64,000 nt of DNA from Paraphysomonas bandaiensis. Lineage: Eukaryota > Protista > Chrysophyceae. Of this stretch, positions 1-8,075 are shown one piece after another. Every line of letters begins with the position of its first letter. Position 1 is the stretch's first letter. A program made the position numbers and the translations under genes. Under the pieces are notes generated by a model. It searched no databases and was not told the DNA's origin. It saw only the letters and a list, made by a program, of their open reading frames with translations. The stretch covers positions 1-64,000 of the forward strand of contig CBFFRP010000138.1 of assembly GCA_965644295.1 (NCBI GenBank), given 5' to 3'.

Positions 1-1094
1 GACATCATCATAATAATATTGATAACTATATTAATGCAATAACGATATGATAACATAATATGTAGGGTATATGTAGCTTGTTTTGTATAAGATTGGTGAC
101 AACAAGAGATACAGATTATTATTACGAGGGCAAGACGACAGACAACTAGGATTTACCCTCGAACACACGTTTTCTTTGATCTACGCGATTGCTACCCGTT
201 GGTTTACGCCTATATCCATACGGTAGTCGGTGTCATAGCGTTTTGAGTTAGGAAGCATTGATTGGTACCGCATGTGCGATATTCGTAGTCCATTCGTCAT
301 TGTGAGAAGCTTTCTGATGGTTTTGAACAGCTCTATGTGCTTGCTCATCGTTCCGGACTATGATATACGATTATTTTCCCATTATCACACACCGTCGATT
401 TTCTGTGGAATGGGGAGGAATTCGTAGGGTGCCATTGGGCACAGATGCATAGGTGTTCTAGGCATGCTGATGGTAAAATTTCCCTATGTATAGATGGCTA
501 GGTCTGTTGTACACTGGTTCGCAGGAATGGCGATGTTTAACGGGTTGAAATGTGATTGCAGTTGTCATGAAATGTGCTTGCAATTTTTGTGGATTCGAAT
601 ATTGTCATTTTGGGGTGTTTGTGGCTCGAAAATCGGCGATTTTCTACAATTCTCAAAAATTGGGGATTTTTGGGTTTTTGGGACTCAAAAATCGGAGGTT
701 TTTGGAAAAGACCTATTTAGGCGTATTTCAGGGGGTTTTTGACTATAAACGATGTAGGATATGAATCGTATGTAGTGTAGTACATGTTTGAGCATATTGT
801 ACGGTTGTGGTTGCATTCAATGTCCTGTGTATGAGGAGGAGTCTTTAGACTAGGGGTCTGTCTTTGGTTTTGCTTGTAACTTAGTTTTTAATAATAATTC
901 TCTATGAAATTAACATAGTTGGTTGACTGATCTGTCTATTGGGAGCTTTAGATTGCAGGATACAGGGGAGCTTGTGTTTCTGGCTGTTGGTTTCTTAAAG
1001 AGTTATTATTATAGTTTTCTGTTTTGTTGTTTCGACAAACAACCATTTCACATATCTTTTCAGTGATCTTAGGTTGCAAGACCTGAGTTGTTCA
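1..1094 (+). repeat. 5' LTR (truncated by window start)
   Basis: Matches 6650-7743 with no difference seen by eye; ends ...GTTGTTCA. Confidence 0.95.
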
Positions 1095-1164
1095 TAGTAA
1101 ATTTACTCACGGTAAAACACGTAAGTGAAGATATCATTATTGTAGATTATAGATATATATCGAA

Positions 1165-2634
1165 ATGTCTGATTCGGAGGGTCCTGTTGGTTCATCTGAG
1201 TTAGATGAAGTTAAGGAAATGTTACGGGGAATTGCTCTCAATTTGGAGAACGTCACTAAGTTGTGTGTAGCAACTGCCAGTAGGGTAGATAATCTGGAGT
1301 CCAGAATGTCTATTAATGAAGAAGTTTTAGTTAATGAGCTGGAGGAAGCTCAGAAGGAAGTAGATGAGGCCATCCGTGACCAGCGTGAAGAGCAGCAGGG
1401 ACATACCAGAGAGAGTGGCAGGGCTGCCGACGACAAAGGCAAGAAGAAAGAGCGAAGGACATCTGTATTCATGAGGGAGGCTGAGTCTTCAGAGGAAATG
1501 GAGGTTCCAAAGCATGTCATCATCAATGTTGAAAAGCCATCCCATAAGCATATTTTTCTGGATTCGATGGAGCTTAGTGATTTTACAAAGTTTATCATCC
1601 AATGGTTTGAATATGAACAGATCAATGGGATTAAGCTTGAGCCAGCCCAGATAGTTAGCAGGCGTGTTCGGAACCTGCTTATGTTCAACAATAGCTTGAC
1701 GGATAAAATGTTTGTTAAGTTGAGTGCTCAGAAATTCTGTGAGCTGATGGCTAAGGAGACCAAGGTGTTGTCTAAAGTGGAGTTCATTGAGACTTTGCGA
1801 TACGCGCTGAGATATTTTAAGCCACTGGATTGGAAATCAGTGCGGCCGAATACACATGAGCTGTTTTTTCAAGAGATTTTGAAGCGAAAGAGTATTTTTA
1901 TGCGTACGTTTACTATCATGATGGAGGCCAATAGTACTAAGTGTCCGCCGGTTGGAGGAAAAGAGTTTGGATCGGCTCAAGTATTTTTGGAGTTGATCGA
2001 CGAGTCTTACAACAAACGAGTTCTGGCTGAGATTCCAAGGGTGACGGATACTAATTATGGTAATGTTGAAGAGTTTCTGGATACATACGTTTCCAAGGCG
2101 AGTGAGCATTATGAGGCGTCCAAGAACATCAGATTGGTGCCTTATGAAGGGTCCGATTTCAGTAGGAAGCAAATTCAAAGGAGTTCGAGGAATCGGGACA
2201 ATGGATACGTTGCAAAGGAGAAACCGAAATCTTTAAACAACGTGCAGTTTGCGGACCGAGTTGAGGATGATTTCTACAGCGATTTAGATGACAAGGAGGT
2301 TGACCCGATAGTTGTGGTCAAGGATGACGGGATGTCAGATGATGATTTCGAGAATGAGGTTGAGGAGATGTTGCTCGGCGAACCAGAGTCTGATAAGGAA
2401 GCTATAGAACAGGTGATGAACCTGGAGAAGACTGTTAATCCAACCCGTGGTTGCGTTGCGTATGCGTTGTATGGGAACTGCTACAAAGGGAAGGAATGTA
2501 AGCATGTCCAGGGTCATAATGGAGCAGTTGCAACGGAAACCCGGAAATGGATGATGAAGAAGCTGTCTCAGATGATGGCAGATGATTCCAAAGGGCCGCG
2601 AAAGATTTTGCCGAGGCCTGGTGGAGTGACTTGA
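1165..2634 (+). CDS. gag: Gag-like protein (489 aa), N-terminal coiled coil, C-terminal Cys/His finger
   Basis: First ORF after the 5' LTR, in frame with pol; C-x8-C-x5-C-x-H-x3-H cluster near the C-terminus. Confidence 0.85.
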   Translation: MSDSEGPVGSSELDEVKEMLRGIALNLENVTKLCVATASRVDNLESRMSINEEVLVNELEEAQKEVDEAIRDQREEQQGHTRESGRAADDKGKKKERRTSVFMREAESSEEMEVPKHVIINVEKPSHKHIFLDSMELSDFTKFIIQWFEYEQINGIKLEPAQIVSRRVRNLLMFNNSLTDKMFVKLSAQKFCELMAKETKVLSKVEFIETLRYALRYFKPLDWKSVRPNTHELFFQEILKRKSIFMRTFTIMMEANSTKCPPVGGKEFGSAQVFLELIDESYNKRVLAEIPRVTDTNYGNVEEFLDTYVSKASEHYEASKNIRLVPYEGSDFSRKQIQRSSRNRDNGYVAKEKPKSLNNVQFADRVEDDFYSDLDDKEVDPIVVVKDDGMSDDDFENEVEEMLLGEPESDKEAIEQVMNLEKTVNPTRGCVAYALYGNCYKGKECKHVQGHNGAVATETRKWMMKKLSQMMADDSKGPRKILPRPGGVT

Positions 2635-2637
2635 CAA

Positions 2638-5600
2638 ATGTGCGAGGCTAATGGTTCGCAGGATCACGAAGAAATATTGTACGGTTTGAATGATCCTGAG
2701 ACTGTTAGTCGAGTTTTCCTCAGAAATTTGATGAATGTCTGTAATACGCGAGAACGAAAAGACTTGACATTGGCTCATTCTGGGGGAAGTATTGTATGTG
2801 ATGATAACTATATAATATCTGTGCGTGGAATATTGTTCGACACTGGAGCCCTAACATCTAACTTCATTTCCAAGGATTTGTTTGAGACGTTTAGAAATCA
2901 TGTGTGTGAAAACAAAGTCATAAAAAAAGAAACAGTTATAGGATTTGCCGATAAAACGTCGAGAATGAAGTGTAGTTTTGTAGTGAAATTAAAATTGAGG
3001 TTTGAGAGAGAAGACTCCAAGGGAGAGTTCGTGTTATATGACGGGGATTTTATTGTTGCTGATATGGGTAGCAACGATATTATCATTGGACTTCCGGCTA
3101 TCGTTAAGGATCTATGGGATTATTTTCTATTTATGCTTAAAGGAAGGACTATTGAACGAATCGAATCAGAAGTAAGTTTTATTAAAAGGCGTGAGGACGA
3201 TGTTACCGAGGATGATTTGTTGTTGAATGCGGTTGAAGAATTATTGCAGCCGTGGTGTGACAGTAGTAGGGAGGTAGCACCTGAAGAATTGGATGTTCCG
3301 GACCCTTCGCAGTTCGGATTTGCCTCAAGTTTTCTTGGAAAAACTAGAGAGGAAGCTTTGAGCGAGTTCGAGGATATGTTTGGTGAGCACGTGTCTCCAG
3401 AGTTCTCAGCAGCGCGACCGGTGCTGGAGTTATTGAGGACTAAGGGAGTAGAGGTATTTGTTCCAGAGCGGTGGGAAGGTATAAAAGGAGTGGATCCGTT
3501 GAACATCAAGTTCGCTGAGAATTTGCCTCCTAGGATCAAGCCGAAGGCAAGACCCGTAAATCCTAGATTATATGAGGATGCGGAGAAGGAGTTTAGGAGA
3601 CTGTGTGGTTACATCTATGTTCCTAGTAGGTCGCCATGGGCTTCTTGTTTGGTGATCGCGCCAAAAGCCACGAAACCTTTTATTAGGATTTGTGGGGATT
3701 ACGTGCAAATCAACAAGTACATTCCAAGTCCACACTATACAGTTCCTAATGTAAGACATGAGTTGGATCGTATTATTGGCTATAAGATATTTATGGACAT
3801 TGACCTCACGAATGCGTTCCATCAGATCAGGTTGCATGAGAACACATCTGAAAAATTGTCAGTTCAAACACCGTGGGGCCAATTTCAGCCTTTATTCCTT
3901 CCGGAGGGAGTGTCTCCAGGGATTAGTGTGTTGCAAGAAGCGGTAGTCAAATTGTTTGGAGATCTGGAATGGGCGCTGTGTATATTTGATAATGTTCTGT
4001 TATTGGCACATGATTTTGATGATGCGTATAAGAAGCTGGAGATTTTCCTGGATAGATGCATTGAACATGGAGTTGTGTTGAAATTTGCAAAGACCTGGTT
4101 AGGATTTAGGGAGATCAAGTTTTTTGGCTATTTGGTAAGGCACAATAGTTTCGAGCTCACGGACGATAGGAAAGAGGCTTTATTGAAGATTCCTTTTCCA
4201 GAGAATGGAAATAGATGTAAGAAGATTAGATCTTTGTTGGGTCTGGGAGTATTCTTTGCTCCATTTGTTCAGAATTACTCAGATTTGGTCAAACATCTTA
4301 CGGATATGACTAAGAGTAGTTTTAATTGGGAAGAAACGACATGGCAGCACGATTATAGGCAGGAGTTTGAAAACTATAAGAGTGGTTTGCAACAGTCTTG
4401 TGCTTTGTTTTATCCGAATTATGATCTTGAGTGGACACTTAGGACAGATGCCAGTGACTATGGAGTGGCAGGCATTCTTTTCCAGACTGTTGAGGGAACT
4501 GGGTCTAGTCCGATTCAACAGCAAACTATTGCTATCTGTTCCAAGAAATTGTCAGAGCAAGCCTTGAAGTGGTGTACTATTGAGAAGGAGGGTTTTGGTA
4601 TATTCTATTCAGTCAAGAAATTTTCGTTTTATCTGAGAGGAAAGAAATTTACAATCGAGACGGACCACAACAACCTTGTGTGGATGGAGGCATCAGAAGT
4701 TGCGAAGATAATTCGATGGAGAATTTATTTGCAGGATTTTGATTTTTTGATTCGTCATATCCCAGGGAAGAACAATGTGGTTGCGGATTGCTTGTCAAGA
4801 TTGCTGTATTTGTCCGGATTTGTGGACGAAAGTGACGATTTCGACTCAGATGAAGTGAACTTCGTGACACTGCATAACATCTTTGAAAAAGACGATTTTG
4901 AGGACGAAGTGCAGGAGATCGCGCCACCTACGGAGGAGCAGAGGATAGATTATCATCAGGCTATCAAGGAGGTTCACAACGCGCAAGTTGGACACTGGGG
5001 TGCGAAAGAGACGTGGAAGCGTCTGTGTAAGCAATTTCCGGGACACGGTGTACCATTCAAGGTGGTTGCAGATTTCGTGGACGAATGCATCAACTGTCAG
5101 AAGAACCGGAGGGAGCTGAAGCAGCGATTGATTCCTATTACTAGACATTTAAAACCGCCTCATTCCAGGAGTGCTTTGGGAATTGACGCGGTTGCTATTA
5201 CACCTGTTTCTAAATCTGGTTACACGCATATTGTGGTCATGGTTAATTTGTTTACGAAATTGGTGTACCTATATGCGGTGAAAGGAATGACGGCTATCAA
5301 TTTGGCTACAGCAGTATGGAAGTGCTGGTGTACATACGGGCTCACGGATATGATTATATCAGATATGGGTCCGGATCTCAAATCCGAGCTTTTCGCAGAA
5401 CTGGTTAAGTTGTCAGGACTTCGTCATGTATTTAGTATTGCCAACAGGCACGTCAACGGATGTGAGCGTATTATTAAGGAAGTGGTTCGTCACATCCGTG
5501 CTATTTGTTTTGACAAGCGAATCGAGGCTGATGCTGTTTTGGAGGACGAACTGTTACTTGCCACTATCATGTTCATTCTGAATACCCACGAGAGTAGTGA

Positions 5601-6576
5601 GACGGGGTATTCTGCGTTCGAACTGACGTTTGGGTCCCAGGATTCTATCTATAAGAACCTTTTGGCCGCCCAGGGGAGAGACAATGATCCGTCTCATCAG
5701 CTGTTGAAAAGGCTGAACGATTACTTAGCTCTAGTCCGCCAGATATCAGCAGATTACCAGAAGTCTCTAGTTGAGAAACGAGCGGAAGCGGGTTTGGATC
5801 CTGCCAAACAAAACCAGTATTGTCCAGGCGATTTTGTTATGTTCGACGCTGGTGCTAAACCACATCCGAAATTATCCTCGAGGATGAAGGGTCCTTTCGA
5901 AGTGGTACGGCAATATAAGAATGATGTTCAAATTCGAAATCTTCTTACCGGGGGGATTCGGGAATACTCTGTCTCTGATCTTGAGCCATTTTTCGGAGAT
6001 AAGGAATCGGCTATTGAAGCGGCGATGCGAGATCATGAGCAATTTAAGGTGGAGGAGATTCTTTCATATACGGGAGATTCACGAACAAAATCTACGATGG
6101 TCTTCAAGGTGAAGTATGCGGACGGCGATATCTTGGACATTCCATGGACACCGGATATTCAGTGTGAGGCATATTATGATTTCTGTGAGTCTAGGCCTTA
6201 CCTGCGGCATCTTGCGTATGACTCGTTTACTGCGAAGCGTTTTGTCTCTTCAATGAGGAAAGAGAATATCACAACAGTGTCGGTTGGAGATACTGTTTAT
6301 GTTGACCTCAGGTTCTATGGTGACCTGTGGTACGAGAGTCTTGGTTTACCGGATTATGCCACGGCCGCGTATGTCATGGAATTCACGTACACCCATTGGT
6401 ATCATAAGAATTCCAAACGCAAGATTAGCGCCCGTTTTAATCTCAACGGTTCCAACTATGCCTTCGACAACTATTTGGTCTATTGTTGGGGATCCCAGAA
6501 GGATTTTGACCCTGCTCGCATGATTTTGGTTGATGCGTCGCTCGCTGCGGCTTATCCCAAAATTATTCAGGAGTAG
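2638..6576 (+). CDS. pol: Pol polyprotein: aspartic protease, RT, RNase H, integrase, chromodomain, extra C-terminal domain
   Basis: LFDTGA (protease); DIDLTNAFHQI and CIFDN (RT); TDASDYG, TDHNNL, NVVADCLSR (RNase H); H-x5-H...CINC, D-D-E and GPF (integrase); FKVEEIL...FKVKYADG (chromodomain-like). Confidence 0.96.
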   Translation: MCEANGSQDHEEILYGLNDPETVSRVFLRNLMNVCNTRERKDLTLAHSGGSIVCDDNYIISVRGILFDTGALTSNFISKDLFETFRNHVCENKVIKKETVIGFADKTSRMKCSFVVKLKLRFEREDSKGEFVLYDGDFIVADMGSNDIIIGLPAIVKDLWDYFLFMLKGRTIERIESEVSFIKRREDDVTEDDLLLNAVEELLQPWCDSSREVAPEELDVPDPSQFGFASSFLGKTREEALSEFEDMFGEHVSPEFSAARPVLELLRTKGVEVFVPERWEGIKGVDPLNIKFAENLPPRIKPKARPVNPRLYEDAEKEFRRLCGYIYVPSRSPWASCLVIAPKATKPFIRICGDYVQINKYIPSPHYTVPNVRHELDRIIGYKIFMDIDLTNAFHQIRLHENTSEKLSVQTPWGQFQPLFLPEGVSPGISVLQEAVVKLFGDLEWALCIFDNVLLLAHDFDDAYKKLEIFLDRCIEHGVVLKFAKTWLGFREIKFFGYLVRHNSFELTDDRKEALLKIPFPENGNRCKKIRSLLGLGVFFAPFVQNYSDLVKHLTDMTKSSFNWEETTWQHDYRQEFENYKSGLQQSCALFYPNYDLEWTLRTDASDYGVAGILFQTVEGTGSSPIQQQTIAICSKKLSEQALKWCTIEKEGFGIFYSVKKFSFYLRGKKFTIETDHNNLVWMEASEVAKIIRWRIYLQDFDFLIRHIPGKNNVVADCLSRLLYLSGFVDESDDFDSDEVNFVTLHNIFEKDDFEDEVQEIAPPTEEQRIDYHQAIKEVHNAQVGHWGAKETWKRLCKQFPGHGVPFKVVADFVDECINCQKNRRELKQRLIPITRHLKPPHSRSALGIDAVAITPVSKSGYTHIVVMVNLFTKLVYLYAVKGMTAINLATAVWKCWCTYGLTDMIISDMGPDLKSELFAELVKLSGLRHVFSIANRHVNGCERIIKEVVRHIRAICFDKRIEADAVLEDELLLATIMFILNTHESSETGYSAFELTFGSQDSIYKNLLAAQGRDNDPSHQLLKRLNDYLALVRQISADYQKSLVEKRAEAGLDPAKQNQYCPGDFVMFDAGAKPHPKLSSRMKGPFEVVRQYKNDVQIRNLLTGGIREYSVSDLEPFFGDKESAIEAAMRDHEQFKVEEILSYTGDSRTKSTMVFKVKYADGDILDIPWTPDIQCEAYYDFCESRPYLRHLAYDSFTAKRFVSSMRKENITTVSVGDTVYVDLRFYGDLWYESLGLPDYATAAYVMEFTYTHWYHKNSKRKISARFNLNGSNYAFDNYLVYCWGSQKDFDPARMILVDASLAAAYPKIIQE

Positions 6577-6587
6577 CTACGGCATCC

Positions 6588-6603
6588 GGGGGGGGAGAAA
6601 GGG
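6588..6603 (+). other. Polypurine tract
   Basis: GGGGGGGGAGAAAGGG, 3 nt upstream of the TG that starts the 3' LTR. Confidence 0.9.
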
Positions 6604-6606
6604 TAA

Positions 6607-7743
6607 TGTAAAGCCGTGGGCTTTTATAACACCCTTTTACACGTTTTATGACATCATCATAATAATATTGATAACTATATTAATGCAATAACGATATGAT
6701 AACATAATATGTAGGGTATATGTAGCTTGTTTTGTATAAGATTGGTGACAACAAGAGATACAGATTATTATTACGAGGGCAAGACGACAGACAACTAGGA
6801 TTTACCCTCGAACACACGTTTTCTTTGATCTACGCGATTGCTACCCGTTGGTTTACGCCTATATCCATACGGTAGTCGGTGTCATAGCGTTTTGAGTTAG
6901 GAAGCATTGATTGGTACCGCATGTGCGATATTCGTAGTCCATTCGTCATTGTGAGAAGCTTTCTGATGGTTTTGAACAGCTCTATGTGCTTGCTCATCGT
7001 TCCGGACTATGATATACGATTATTTTCCCATTATCACACACCGTCGATTTTCTGTGGAATGGGGAGGAATTCGTAGGGTGCCATTGGGCACAGATGCATA
7101 GGTGTTCTAGGCATGCTGATGGTAAAATTTCCCTATGTATAGATGGCTAGGTCTGTTGTACACTGGTTCGCAGGAATGGCGATGTTTAACGGGTTGAAAT
7201 GTGATTGCAGTTGTCATGAAATGTGCTTGCAATTTTTGTGGATTCGAATATTGTCATTTTGGGGTGTTTGTGGCTCGAAAATCGGCGATTTTCTACAATT
7301 CTCAAAAATTGGGGATTTTTGGGTTTTTGGGACTCAAAAATCGGAGGTTTTTGGAAAAGACCTATTTAGGCGTATTTCAGGGGGTTTTTGACTATAAACG
7401 ATGTAGGATATGAATCGTATGTAGTGTAGTACATGTTTGAGCATATTGTACGGTTGTGGTTGCATTCAATGTCCTGTGTATGAGGAGGAGTCTTTAGACT
7501 AGGGGTCTGTCTTTGGTTTTGCTTGTAACTTAGTTTTTAATAATAATTCTCTATGAAATTAACATAGTTGGTTGACTGATCTGTCTATTGGGAGCTTTAG
7601 ATTGCAGGATACAGGGGAGCTTGTGTTTCTGGCTGTTGGTTTCTTAAAGAGTTATTATTATAGTTTTCTGTTTTGTTGTTTCGACAAACAACCATTTCAC
7701 ATATCTTTTCAGTGATCTTAGGTTGCAAGACCTGAGTTGTTCA
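6607..7743 (+). repeat. 3' LTR (1137 bp)
   Basis: TG...CA termini; direct repeat of the window start. Confidence 0.95.
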
Positions 7744-8075
7744 TAACTCAGGACCCTAATTCAGAATGCTGAGCCCCCTCCAAAACCAATGGAGACCCAT
7801 CCCAAAGGGAGACCCCCAGATCAAAAGCGCCGGTGAGTCCACGGACACACGATAAAGGCGAATTTCATATCACACAAAAAGAACGGAAGTGGTTGCACCT
7901 TGGTGCTTGCGGCGACGCACAAGCAGCTTTCGTAGCGTTAAATAGTAGGATAAAAGAGTTTGTATTGATTAGTTACGGGTAGTGGTCTAACTAGTATGAC
8001 TAGCATTCTTCTAGCCACTAATTGATGCAAGGTCTCAACGCCTATTGCTAAATAATCAGACATTCACTATATATA
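7744..8075 (+). mobile_element. 3' end of a non-LTR retrotransposon (ORF C-terminus, structured 3' UTR, TA tail), interrupted by the Gypsy element
   Basis: Short frame ...PPPKPMETHPKGRPPDQKRR* (TGA 7834-7836), then the tail 7884-8069 found in many dispersed copies, then TATATA. Confidence 0.6.

Larger units (their letters stand above)
1..7743 (+). mobile_element. Ty3/Gypsy (chromovirus-like) LTR retrotransposon, intact; 5' LTR begins about 43 bp before the window
   Basis: Direct repeat 1-1094 = 6650-7743 (offset 6649); 3' LTR starts TGTA at 6607 after a PPT and ends CA at 7743; internal gag plus PR-RT-RH-IN-chromodomain in Gypsy order. Confidence 0.97.

Noticed and set aside
494-764. Short ORFs 494-742 and 552-764 (duplicated at 7143-7413)
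   Set aside because: They lie in the LTRs over the T-rich repeat motif; duplication is explained by LTR identity; no protein features
2632-2634. In-frame TGA as selenocysteine or an alternative genetic code
   Set aside because: Host genes in the window end in TGA (e.g. PEX12), the site is not a redox motif, and no SECIS was identified; readthrough or reinitiation is simpler
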